DNA of 64,000 nucleotides from a virus. Its lineage: Duplodnaviria > Heunggongvirae > Uroviricota > Caudoviricetes. A program made the position numbers and the translations under genes. The notes beneath the pieces are model-generated. The model had not been told where the DNA came from and ran no database searches. It worked only from the letters and a program-made list of their open reading frames with translations. Shown piece by piece: positions 1 to 10,737 of this stretch (positions within the stretch are counted from its first letter, which is position 1; every line of letters starts with the position of its first letter). The DNA is taken from the IMG/VR virus record IMGVR_UViG_3300023371_000069, one strand, 5' to 3'.

Positions 1-1793
1 TATACAGAACCCTCTTTAGTTATTGACGCTGCAGTTTGATATAAGTCTTTAATATCAGTAGCAGACAATACAGAAGCATAAATTCTAAAATCTGACATTT
101 TACCTTCCATCATTGTATCATCAGTTCTACTATCTTTACCAATATTAAAATCTCTTGTAAAACTTGAAGCAATATTAGTAAGAGCACCCGTATGAGTTTT
201 TACTAAAGTTGCATTTTTATATATTTTAATACCAGTAGCAATATCTGTTGTAACAGTCCACATAGCCCATTCGTTATTAGTAATTGTACCTACTGATAAA
301 TCTGGACTACCATTCCAATATACTCGGAAAGATGTTACATTTTGTTCAATATTAAAATTACTACCACTATAACCGCCAAAGTAAATACTTCTACTTGATG
401 TATTTGATTCTTTTACCCAAAAATTAATAGTACACTTATCACTCAATACTGCTTTCATTAAATCTTTAATTGGTAAATTAATGCCTGTGGTTGAACCATC
501 AAACACAGAGCTTGCCGCATAGCGTGGAGTATCAGAGCTAAAAGTAATATTACCAACTGTTGTGCCATTACGACCATATCCACTACAATCATCAGCAGCA
601 TTAAAAAATGTTTCACTTAATGCTGGGCAATAAGGGGTAGCAATCGAACCTTTTTCTAATTTTGGTAAAGCTATATCACATTTACCACCTGCCGCAAGTC
701 TAAATAGCAAGGTTTTATTTGTAGTTGTTCCGCTTGCTGCAAAAGTCCAAGTTACTGTATATTTTTTCCATTGAGGAGTTAATGATAGAGGACAATTGCC
801 ATCACTGCCGCTTTTATTATGTCCTTCAGATGATTTAATATTAGAAACTTGAACCACGCCAGATGTATTATTATAAAAGTACATAGTTAAAGTACTTGAA
901 GTAGATGATTTAGCAAAGAAACTTGCTGTATATACTTCATTTATAGAAACAGAGTGTCCTCCCCAAGAAGCAAAATCTTTATATCCAGTGCCTGCACTAT
1001 TATCTGCACTACAGACAGGAAATCCATAGACCTTATCAAAAGAGGTTTGTCTATTTCCAATCGTATAAGAATTAGTTAATAAATTATTCGCATTTCCGCC
1101 ATCTAATTTATAATGTAAAACTAAACCTTGACTTAATAATTTCACTTCTCTTTTGGATAAACATTCATCATATACTCGCACATCATTAATTTTACAGGCG
1201 GGTCTATATGACCCATTATTTGAATGCCCGACAGACCAATCAAATATATTAAATTTATTTGCAGCAGATACATTCTCGCAAGTAAATTCCTTTTCGCAAA
1301 TACCATCTACAAATAAACGATAAGTTTTAGTAGATTTCTTATAGGTTAAACATAAGTGATGCCAAGCTCCATAGATGTTTGTAGTTCCATAATATGAATA
1401 ATATGTTCTTCCAGTAGAAGAAGAAGTATTACAACTCATATAACAAGTTGTATTACCACTATATTTTAAAGTAATTCCTGAACCACTACCTTTATCACTA
1501 TTATGAGAATGATTATGATTCGTTAGAATTCCATTTGCAGAAGTAGCATTACCAGGAGTGGTTGGATAACACCAACATGCCATAGTAAAATCTTTATTTA
1601 AATCAATTGTGGAATCACTAGTAATATGAGAAACTGTATTAATAGCTGTTCGTTGATAACAGCGCATATCTGTTTTTCCACCACTGGTGGCAGCTGCAAC
1701 ACCGCCACCAGTAGTATTTAAACTAAATTTTATTGGAGAAGAACCATAGTTTTCTAAATTACCATGTAATGGTAACCATATTAATAAACTCAT
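1..1793 (-). CDS. LamG/ConA-like multidomain tail/receptor-binding protein, 3'-truncated by the window edge (>597 aa, no in-frame TAG)
   Basis: ATG at 1793 after the SD GGAGG. The frame is open to position 1 with no stop of any kind. Reads MSLLIWLPLHGNLENYG...WHHLCLTY...INDVRVYDECLS...SQGLVLHYKLDG...KLEKGSIATPY...DCSGYGRNG...SDFRIYASVLS. Missing from the ORF track. Paralog of 4452-6869. Confidence 0.85.
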   Translation of the reverse strand, partial: MSLLIWLPLHGNLENYGSSPIKFSLNTTGGGVAAATSGGKTDMRCYQRTAINTVSHITSDSTIDLNKDFTMACWCYPTTPGNATSANGILTNHNHSHNSDKGSGSGITLKYSGNTTCYMSCNTSSSTGRTYYSYYGTTNIYGAWHHLCLTYKKSTKTYRLFVDGICEKEFTCENVSAANKFNIFDWSVGHSNNGSYRPACKINDVRVYDECLSKREVKLLSQGLVLHYKLDGGNANNLLTNSYTIGNRQTSFDKVYGFPVCSADNSAGTGYKDFASWGGHSVSINEVYTASFFAKSSTSSTLTMYFYNNTSGVVQVSNIKSSEGHNKSGSDGNCPLSLTPQWKKYTVTWTFAASGTTTNKTLLFRLAAGGKCDIALPKLEKGSIATPYCPALSETFFNAADDCSGYGRNGTTVGNITFSSDTPRYAASSVFDGSTTGINLPIKDLMKAVLSDKCTINFWVKESNTSSRSIYFGGYSGSNFNIEQNVTSFRVYWNGSPDLSVGTITNNEWAMWTVTTDIATGIKIYKNATLVKTHTGALTNIASSFTRDFNIGKDSRTDDTMMEGKMSDFRIYASVLSATDIKDLYQTAASITKEGSV

Positions 1794-1808
1794 ATATTAA
1801 TCTCCTCC

Positions 1809-4061
1809 TTAAATAAATATAAAATCTAAACTTTCATCGGTACTATTATACACAAATTTTACCTTAGAGTCAACTGTAATCGCTCCGTTGATAGATGTAT
1901 CACCTTGCACATGGAAAGCTCCTGTGGGGGCAGCAGTTGAATTAATAGCAACCTTAGTAGCATTTGCATAATGATTGCCGCCAGAAGTCATTCTGACTGA
2001 ACCGTTGTAAGCCTCAGTATAAACCAAACGTCCACTCACTAAGTTGGTATTACCAGTACCACCTTTTGAAGGTTCAAGACAGGTAATTGCGGTCGCGACA
2101 CCAGAAGCAGCAATATAAACGGGAACACTAGCATTACCTGCGGCTGTATCAGCGGTATGTACCACCAATTCACCACTAGTTTCAGGATGCGTAACATCAT
2201 AATTGGTTGTACCATTATAGTAACGCCAAACTGCTCTATGTGTTCTATCAGCTGGTGTTAAATATAGAGTACTTCTAATACCAGAAGCACTACCTAAAGT
2301 AATACCTGCATATCCGTTAGCTGCAGGTGCAACAACAATACCTTCATCATCACCAGAGCCATAAGGTCTACCACTAACGATAAGACCTCCGTTTAGGGTA
2401 GTAACTTTTGATACAGTTAAAGTATTTGATAATGAAGCAGCTCCAGTTACAGATAAAGTATTACTTAAAGTTGTGGCGCCAGTAATGGCTAAAGTACTTA
2501 ATCCTTTAATAGAGCCAGTAACTTGTAAATTACCACCGATATTCACATCAGAAGCAAAAGAAGAAGCTGTGCCTACGTCTAAGCCACTAGGGAATTTAGA
2601 TTTACTATTTAAATATAAAACAATCTAATTTGTGGTGGAAGAAGTAGTTGGATTAATAACTAATGCATTATCATTAGAAGATAATACGACATGATTTTCA
2701 CTTGGTGTACCAAACACTAATTGAGTTGTATTACCAGTACTAGAACTAGCGTGAGAGCCTGTTAAATAAACATGACCTTTTGCATTTAGAATTCCTTTTA
2801 CAGTGGTGCCAGTTGCATTAACCTATAACCAAGTATTTTCTTCTTCCCAACCAGTACCAACATACCAATAATTTAAAGTTCCTCCTGCGCCATAGGCACC
2901 CATTTCTGCTTTTACGCTTGCAGTATCACTAGATGTATTTTTCTATTTCCAATCAATATATCGTGCCCATCCACCGCTTTTTGTAACTTCAGTAGTAATA
3001 CTTCCACTAGTATTCATTGTTAATTTATTTTCACTGGTTTGAATAACTAGAGGGCCAGACATGGTATCGCCTGTTTTTAAAACATATTTACCATTATAAT
3101 GACCATCAAGATAATTAGTAAAATTATCTTCATCAAGAATAACTCTCCAATCTTGCCAAGTACCATTATTTTTACCACGAACCGCAAGTTGACCAGTGCG
3201 ATAGTCTTGATAAATTTGAGTAATCCAAGAGTCGTTATATTTATTTACAATAGCTACACCATCACTAATACCAAGAATACCAGAAGTATCATTAACATAC
3301 CAAATACCAGTATTAGTGGCACTGCCAATCGCAATTCCTGTTGTAGCTGTTACATTAGTGCCAGCCATACGATAAGTAGTAGGCTATGGAATTCCATCAG
3401 TAGTAAAATAAACTGGTCTATCAGTACTACCACCTGATTTGGTTAAACGATTAGCTTTATCAGCAACACCAATTAGATTACCTGTAACATCACCAGTTAC
3501 ATTACCAACAACATTGCCAGTTAAATTTCCAATAAAACCGCCAGTAGAAGTTACAGTTCCAGACACAGATAGTGAGCCAGAAGCGTTACCATTTACAATA
3601 TATAAGTTAGCCCAACGCAAACTAGAAGTACCAAGGCTCTTTTTGTTAGTCTCACTTGGAACAACATTACCGCCAGAAGTAATAGTACTGGCAGTTGTTA
3701 AGCCATTTAGTTTACTTGTTGTGCCATTTAAATAATAAGATGTTGAGCCTAAATAAATATCACTACCAAACAAAGATTTTTTAGCTACATAAATACCGCC
3801 AGTTACTTGAATTGCTCCAGAACTTGCGGCTGTCGCTTCTGCACTGCCAGTAACAATAACTGCTGTTGATGCTCTTAGGTTTGCACCATATATATTTAAC
3901 CAAGCGTTATCTGCTGTACCTAAATTATAGGTTAAGGTTTCTCCTGGTATAATAACATCATAAGCAATTGCACCTTTATTTAGAAGTACATCTTCATTAT
4001 ATGTAGATACTCCAAGAAAACGAGAAGGCCCATTAACAATTAAATCTCTTAATTGTGCCAC
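1809..4061 (-). CDS. Tail fibre-like protein (750 aa with TAG=Gln)
   Basis: Joins ORFs 3384..4061, 2943..3368 and 1809..2546 through TAGs at 3384, 2943, 2823 and 2625. GTG start, TAA stop. Gly/Thr/Ser-rich fibre repeats (GNLTGNVVGNVTG, TLSVTGAASLSNTL) and a knob-like segment QIYQDYRTGQLAVRGKNNGTWQDW. Confidence 0.85.
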
Positions 4062-4096
4062 AATTTTTCACTCCTTTTCTTCAAAATCTATATATC

Positions 4097-4134
4097 AAAA
4101 AAAAATAGGGGTGAGGATAAATCCTCACCCCTAT
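4097..4134 (-). terminator. Intrinsic terminator
   Basis: 13-bp perfect stem ataggggtgagga/tcctcacccctat with a 4-nt loop, followed on the minus strand by a 9-T tract. Lies just after the stop at 4141. Confidence 0.85.
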
Positions 4135-4140
4135 GAATTA

Positions 4141-4362
4141 TTAGAGTGCAATTCCGTTGATGCCCTCTAAGGCTTTATCCTTGAAATTATCAAAGTCTAA
4201 TTCAACAACTTCTTTGTTACCATTATAACCATCCAAGTCAATAATAGTCATGTTGAAATATACCTCAGCACCAGAATAACTTGCGCTCATATTTGCGACT
4301 ACAACATCGTCAACTACGCTAGCGCCATTAAAGTTGACATTCATATTGTCCATTCTTAACAT
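4141..4362 (-). CDS. Small acidic hypothetical protein (73 aa, TAG-free)
   Basis: ATG with the SD AAGGAG, TAA stop, flanked by intergenic spacers. Function unknown. Confidence 0.75.
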   Translation of the reverse strand: MLRMDNMNVNFNGASVVDDVVVANMSASYSGAEVYFNMTIIDLDGYNGNKEVVELDFDNFKDKALEGINGIAL

Positions 4363-4451
4363 AATTGTAATCTCCTTTTCAATTCAATTTTGAGATTTAT
4401 TCTCAATAATAATGATGTTTATTTCATGAACTTTAATCTTATTAGTCCAAG

Positions 4452-6869
4452 TTAAAATTCATAATAGTTTTGAGTTTCAATAGAGTCGATTAAAAAGCTT
4501 GTTCTTTTATCTAACTTTACATACACATCTAAAGACCCTTTAATAGTTTTTTTACCAAATCCAGGAATGCCTCCATTATAAGCGGTCCAGCATCCCACTG
4601 CATTCCACCAATTTCCAGTAGAGGTTGAAATTGCCCAATGAGTATTACCCGAGCATTTTACTAATCCTCCACTCATATTAGAAATGTTTTTAAATCCTGT
4701 TACAGAAGTTGTATTGTTTGGATTATTTGTTTGAATCCATCTATATACAGTACCTGCATCATCATCAGGTTGCAAAACTAAAAATTCAAATGCACCATCA
4801 GCTCCTCTTAACTATTCAGTTAAATAAAGCCTACTATATAAGTCTTCTTCTGTATGATTGGCGGCATTAGATGGTGTAAAATACTTAGTACCAGCTCTAT
4901 TATTATGATGTAAAATTTGTACCCACAAATCACCATCATATCTCATTATCTTATTAATATTATACTCAATAAAATTCTCAAAGTCAACTACTCCTTCTTT
5001 AAAGACTGAGTTGTCGCCCTCTTCAGTGAACTCATAAGCATAAACATTACCACCATTATCTACAGTGGCACCATTTAAATATAATTCTTTAATCTATAGT
5101 TCATCTAGTGCTGTAGCATAAATTCTAACATCACTAGTATATAATTTACTATTACCATATGTAGTACCATTATAATTACCAACCAATAAATTACCAGTAC
5201 CACCGGATAAAGTACCTGCGGCCGCAGTAGATGTTAAAGGTATTCCATCAACATATCTACGAATAGTTGTTCCATCAAATGTAGATGTAATCATATGCCA
5301 TTTCCCATCAATAGTAGTACCATTTGTTGTTACGCACTAGCGAGTTCCACTAATAACATATCCAGCGCGGAATTTACCAGTCGTTCCCTCCAATGAAAAT
5401 TCATAATTAGCACTACCAAAGCTTAATGGAATATGATAATTACTATATCCTGCGTTACTACCTTTAACCCAGCAACTCATAGTTATACTATCTTTTGGAA
5501 ATATCATAGTATCACTTGCAATATAATTACTACGACCATCTGTGATGTATGCAGAATATTTATTGCGACTAGAATCTGGCATCATCGATACTGCTCCTAC
5601 TACACGACCGTGATGTCCAAAACCCGAACAGTCATAGACCTTAGAAGCTTCTCTACTACCAGAAACATAATCTGTTGCATGGTCATTAATTTCTAACTAA
5701 ATATTTCTTACATAAGCAGTTCCTTCAATACCATAATGACCATACATATATACTGCTCCCACATTAGAACTATCACCGTCTTGTCCAAGAGTCCAAGTGT
5801 ATGAATATTTTTTCCAAGTTGTAGTTAAGCTCTACTAATGTTGTCCATCATGGAAGTTATTTGAAGTTGCTCCATTTTTTCTATAATATAAACCAAACTG
5901 TACTGTTTTACCTTTTATATCACTTTTAGCTTCAAAAGAAATAGTATATTTATTACCTTTACCAATCGCCTACGCTAAATTAACAGTACCCCATGAAGAA
6001 ATTCCTAACCAACGGCCTTTATAATTATATGCTGAATTTAAATTTGGAAACACCATTGTAGGCACGTCATCTATAACATTCCAATAGGCATGATAACCAA
6101 TTGTTGGTGAATCAACACCACTGTTATACCCTGCAGTAAATCCAGATACATTAATAGCATTTGGATGTAAAGAAGAGTCCCATCCAGCACTTACTCTACT
6201 ACCAGGGGTTGGATACAATAAATAATTAGTTGTGCTTTGTAAAGTACTATCTCGTAAAGGATAATGAAGCATTAGACCTCTACTTAATTCATCAATTTCT
6301 TTTAGACAAAGTGGATGGTCATATAATCTAAAATCATTCATTTTTGCTGTTCCACTAATACTAATGGTACCAGGGCGTAATGTAAAATTATAATCAGCGC
6401 TATTGTATTGATGTTTTAAAGCTCCATTTACAAATACTTTTACCTATACACCGAAATCTCCATTATTAACATTAATAACATAATGATTCCAGGTTCCAAG
6501 CTCCCATACTCCAGAAGTAGAACGAGTATCATAAATCCAAATCATTTGAGGTTTGTTATTATTGCAATGTAATTTAATAGCATAATTGGAAGTATAATCC
6601 ATTTTTGCCATATTAAAAATATCATCAATACCTGTGTTAGTAATAGGAAATTTAATATTATAGCTATCTCCATTGGCAATATTCCACCAGAAACTACAAC
6701 AAAAACCATCTGTTGAATTTAATTCTGCGGCAGTTCCTTGAATGGTGCCACTAGCGCAATAGCCCAACTTACCTTGAGTGTAAGAAACATTTGAGCTTTT
6801 AAAACGAATAGTATTTAATCCTTGGTTATTAATATGATTATTTAATGGTAACCATACTTGTAAACTCAT
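4452..6869 (-). CDS. LamG/ConA-like multidomain tail protein with a C-terminal fibrinogen-like domain (805 aa with TAG=Gln)
   Basis: Joins five ORF-track fragments through TAGs at 6444, 5970, 5835, 5832, 5697, 5337, 5094 and 4812, with no TAA/TGA before 4452. Motifs MSLQVWLPL, MNDFRLYDHPL, GLMLHYPL, VRNI(Q)LE..HATDY, SDVRIYATAL. The C-terminal domain (RWIQTNNP...WWNAVG.WT...GIPG) call is tentative. Confidence 0.85.
4959..4987 (-). promoter_or_regulatory. Sigma-A/70-type promoter consensus inside a coding sequence
   Basis: TTGACT (4987-4982), 17-nt spacer, TATAAT (4964-4959). The spacer contains AATTTT, as in the two intergenic promoters. Confidence 0.5.
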
Positions 6870-6881
6870 ATTGCCACCACC

Positions 6882-7766
6882 TTATGCGAATACAAAATTA
6901 AAACATTCTTTTGTATCATCATATTGAATTTTACCAGCTTTTTTAAATTGAATAGCTCCTCCGTCAACACGCATATTCATTGTGGCGGTAATACCACCAA
7001 TAACTTCTAATGAACCGACAGATTGGTCACTAGAAGAATTATAATATGCATCAATACCACCAACAATCTAAAATCCACCATTAAATTTTGCAGTACCATT
7101 AATAGTAAGACCATCATTGAAAGTTTTATGGCCTCCAATGGTTTGAATATCATTAGTAATAATACCAGAAGCAGTAGTTGAAGCAGAAGGAATAACTGCA
7201 TCAAAATTTGTTCCATTTAATGCAAATCTAAATGTGGGACCTGCAGTTGTACCTGCAATCCAAGAAACTGCGGGAGCCGCAAATGCGGGAGTTCCATTAC
7301 CACCGACTAAGATAGCAGATTTTGCGCCTTTTGCCGTTACTTTGAAAGCATTAGTTCCATTACCATATAAAATACCACCAGCTGTTGCAGTAGTAATACC
7401 GGTACCACCAACATTGACAGGCAATGTTCCAAATTGAGGTGTTAAATTTGTTCCAGTAGAATAAAAAGCACCTTTTGCACTTGCAACACTAGCAATACCA
7501 TTTAAAGTAGTATTCTGAATTAAAACTGCATTTGCGGGAGTATTCTTTGATAAATCAACACCAGTACCACCGTGGTGATAACCTAACATCTATGGAATAA
7601 TATTCAAAAAGTTAACGCCATCATCAAATAATAAATAAGCAGAATAATCTTCATTAGTTGCAAGATAAAGGGTACCAGCTTCGTGTTTCAAATGATTTGC
7701 ATTTGAATTATCAAACTTACCTGAAGCATATTGACCCTACTTAAACTGTAAAGCTAAATCAGCCAC
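6882..7766 (-). CDS. Short tail fibre-like/adaptor protein (294 aa with TAG=Gln)
   Basis: GTG at 7766 after the SD AAGGAGG, TAGs at 7737, 7590 and 7068, TAA at 6882. Contains TLPVNVGGTGITTAT-type fibre motifs. The C-terminus KIQYDDTKECFNFVFA resembles that of 1809-4061. Confidence 0.8.
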
Positions 7767-7845
7767 GAAACTGCCTCCTTTCCCTCTAATTTGTTCTATT
7801 AATACTGAGATTTAAAATAATCTATTTTTCCCTTTTGGGCCAAAT

Positions 7846-7877
7846 AAAAAAAAGGGAGAGATATAAAATCTCTCCCT
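7846..7877 (-). terminator. Intrinsic terminator
   Basis: Stem agggagagat/atctctccct with a 5-nt loop and a minus-strand T tract, directly after the TGA at 7885. Confidence 0.8.
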
Positions 7878-7884
7878 AAAACTA

Positions 7885-8472
7885 TCAATATAACTCTTCC
7901 CAGAAGCTACCTAAAGCTTCACTAAATTCATCCAACTTTTGGATAATTTCATCATATACAGTAGGAGCTAAATCATAATCATGATTAATTTTTTGAACAT
8001 CCATACCATATAATACTTTACTCTTTGTTGGACGAGTGTTTAAGTTATAAATAAATTGCTGTCCTACTTCATCAACCTTGTAGAATCGAATTGAATATTG
8101 GACTGTACCTGCGACCGCAGTTGCACCGCCATCAATACACCAAGGAATCAACATTTTTTCCTCGTCAGCATAAGAAGTAACATCATAAAAAGGTACTGCA
8201 TAAATGCGAGCCTTATTATCTGCGGTTACATATTGAACGATGCATACTGTTTGTGACAAGTCCATATAATCAAAGAAACGGTCTACTTTAAAATAGACCG
8301 TTTCAGATTTATGGTCATGTTCAACACTCAGATACTCTGGCGTTTCAATTTGACGAGTTTTTAAGTCAATATTGTAGACTTTTTCAGACGAAGGTAAAAT
8401 AGCAATTGTTGGCCGATTGTTTGATTGAATATAAGCAAGATACTTATAATATTCTTCGGTTGAAATAATCAT
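7885..8472 (-). CDS. BppU-like (baseplate upper) N-terminal-domain protein (195 aa)
   Basis: Intact ORF with SD. The motif IDLKTRQI...DHKSETVYFKVDRFFDYMDL...VQY resembles BppU-type domains and is shared with 8494-10425. Confidence 0.6.
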   Translation of the reverse strand: MIISTEEYYKYLAYIQSNNRPTIAILPSSEKVYNIDLKTRQIETPEYLSVEHDHKSETVYFKVDRFFDYMDLSQTVCIVQYVTADNKARIYAVPFYDVTSYADEEKMLIPWCIDGGATAVAGTVQYSIRFYKVDEVGQQFIYNLNTRPTKSKVLYGMDVQKINHDYDLAPTVYDEIIQKLDEFSEALGSFWEELY

Positions 8473-8493
8473 TTTACCTCTCCTTTCAAGTTA

Positions 8494-10425
8494 TTAGAAA
8501 CTTACAACAAAGTTACCAGAGTGAGCATCTTCTCTTGCGGAGTAGGCACCATTTAATTCATTAGTTACATAGCAATGGATGAACATAACGTCACCATGAA
8601 TGTTACTACCATCAATCAATAGCTTATTGCCATCAAAGCTAACACCAGGAGTGTCCTGAGTCAATAGCTTATCTTCATCGTACCACTCATAGATTAGTCT
8701 ATCAGAGTGTAAAGCTACAGGCTCATCAAAAGCCTCATGCTCAATCACAATTTCAACTAAGCGGTTGGGGAATGCTTGAGCCTCAAGCTGCTTAGAATAT
8801 TCAGAAGAAGCAGGATATTTCAAGACTGGAGCTTCTGGAGCTCTAGTCACACGAGCAACATTACTCTCAATAGCAATATCATCGCGGTTCAACATAGAAG
8901 TAACATAAACCTTATACCAGCCGGGTTCAGCAGTCTCTAAAGTCAAATCATCAGTGACTTTACCAATCTTACCCTCGGTATTATTATCATAAGTGTGAGA
9001 AATAACATCAACCATGCCATCTTCTTTGTCATCGTTAACATTCTTCTTCCACAAATAAGTCATAGACTGATAAGCTGCAGCAGGCGCACCATCATTCTTA
9101 ACTTCAACATTCAATGTTAAGCCATCATTTTCATCTAGTAAAATACCATTTGCAGGCAATCCTAAAGCTTTTTCATCAGCGTCTTTATCACCAGAAACGA
9201 ATTCCAAAACCTCGGGACCAGGAATAGTAACACTCAAAGACTTAGAAGCAGAAGGGAATCCTAGCTTATGTTTAGCAATTAGCTTGTAAGTACCAGTTAC
9301 AACACCAGGAGCATCAGCAGCAGGACTAATGCTTTCAGTAATTCTATAAATGGCATAACGCTCATAAATAGCGATATTCTCTTCCTTAGTGGTTTCGAAC
9401 TGATTATGAGGCAATTCCTCATATCCATAAGGAGTAGCACTTGCGTTTTGTACATAGTAAACCTTATACTCAACTGGAGCATCATCTTCAGTTTCCTTGA
9501 AAGCTGTAGTTTCAGCACCTTGAACATTGATACCAGCAACGACAATATTGCCAGTTAAGTTACTGTACTCCCAATCATAAGACAAATGTCCCTGACCTTC
9601 AACCCAAGCTTGACCAGCCAAAGTTACAGCGTTATTCTTATCCAAATGAATAACATTGTTTTCAAAACCAATAGAATAGCCAGGAGCATCGAAGGAAGGT
9701 GGGTCTACAGTATCACTATCAGAAGTATGCTCACTATTTTCAATTGCTAGCTTAAATAAAGAAGCAGCATCATCATATTCAACATAATCAACTACGGGCT
9801 TTAATGCCTGCTTAATAGTGATAGTTGCAGGAACAGAGTTCCAGCTATAAACAACCTTGTCGCCATCTCTCTTTAAGAAACGTAAAGAGAATTCAACAGG
9901 ACCTTCTTGTGCGGTAACTGCACCAGTTAAAGGCCATACCAAAATCAACTTACCTAAATGATGCTCGCTCTCATAATCCATATAAGGAATAGGAGTTGCG
10001 CCCTGCTCACCATTTTTCAGCTTCCACTGAATATAAGGCTCAGTCATCATGAAGTCCATAGAATCGAAGAAGCGGTCAATGCGTAAGAACAAAGTCTCGG
10101 CAATTACGTCACCTTGAACGCCAGCGCCGTATTTCTTGAAACCATCAGGAATAGTAATAATTCTAGTATTAGCATTTACCTCTAAACAAGGTTCATCTAA
10201 AGGCAACATTAAATATTTAATTGGGTTATCAGCATTATCGACCAAGTCTCCCAAACGGGTAAAATACTTCTCCAAAGAAGAGAAACGATCGAATTGATTT
10301 AATTCGTCTTTTTCAGCTTGCTGCAGAGGAGTCTTCAATTTTCCCTGGCTATCCAGCTCTAACAGTAGCTTTCCAGCATCTGCAAAAAGGAATGAATAAT
10401 CTGCATTTTTAATAGAAGTAATCAT
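8494..10425 (-). CDS. BppU-like domain plus Ig-like beta-sandwich domains, baseplate/fibre carrier (643 aa)
   Basis: Intact ORF ending TAA-TAA. Contains VNANTRII...GDVIAETLFLRIDRFFDSMDF...YIQW, then YLW/YEW...G.Y.V.V patterns typical of Ig-like folds. Confidence 0.6.
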   Translation of the reverse strand: MITSIKNADYSFLFADAGKLLLELDSQGKLKTPLQQAEKDELNQFDRFSSLEKYFTRLGDLVDNADNPIKYLMLPLDEPCLEVNANTRIITIPDGFKKYGAGVQGDVIAETLFLRIDRFFDSMDFMMTEPYIQWKLKNGEQGATPIPYMDYESEHHLGKLILVWPLTGAVTAQEGPVEFSLRFLKRDGDKVVYSWNSVPATITIKQALKPVVDYVEYDDAASLFKLAIENSEHTSDSDTVDPPSFDAPGYSIGFENNVIHLDKNNAVTLAGQAWVEGQGHLSYDWEYSNLTGNIVVAGINVQGAETTAFKETEDDAPVEYKVYYVQNASATPYGYEELPHNQFETTKEENIAIYERYAIYRITESISPAADAPGVVTGTYKLIAKHKLGFPSASKSLSVTIPGPEVLEFVSGDKDADEKALGLPANGILLDENDGLTLNVEVKNDGAPAAAYQSMTYLWKKNVNDDKEDGMVDVISHTYDNNTEGKIGKVTDDLTLETAEPGWYKVYVTSMLNRDDIAIESNVARVTRAPEAPVLKYPASSEYSKQLEAQAFPNRLVEIVIEHEAFDEPVALHSDRLIYEWYDEDKLLTQDTPGVSFDGNKLLIDGSNIHGDVMFIHCYVTNELNGAYSAREDAHSGNFVVSF

Positions 10426-10455
10426 TTCTAAATATCATCCTTTCTTTAAATTTGC

Positions 10456-10479
10456 GAGGGAGAGATTACTCTCTCCCTC
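10456..10479. other. Intergenic stem-loop without a minus-strand U-tract
   Basis: gagggagag/ctctccctc inverted repeat between two co-oriented genes. Its stem resembles the terminators but no T tract follows. Confidence 0.6.
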
Positions 10480-10511
10480 TATTATTTTGATAATTTAATT
10501 AAATAATTAAA

Positions 10512-10721
10512 TTATTTCTGTCCAGCAACTTCTTTCCAAAGAGGAAGGTCAGCTTCTGGAATTACTACGGTATCATGGTAAGTCTTGCCATCGCAAGTCA
10601 AACGCTTACCCTGGTCTGCAGTTAGACGATATTTTCTAATATAATAAACATCTTCTAAATGCACAGGAGAACAAATAGTACCATTAGTACCTAAGTAAGT
10701 ATATAAAACTTGTTTAGTCAT
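10512..10721 (-). CDS. Small protein (69 aa), possible chaperone of the upstream giant protein
   Basis: ATG with the SD GGAGG 16 nt after the giant gene's stop, TAA stop. Function inferred from position only. Confidence 0.65.
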   Translation of the reverse strand: MTKQVLYTYLGTNGTICSPVHLEDVYYIRKYRLTADQGKRLTCDGKTYHDTVVIPEADLPLWKEVAGQK

Positions 10722-10737
10722 TTTTTATCCTCCTTTA

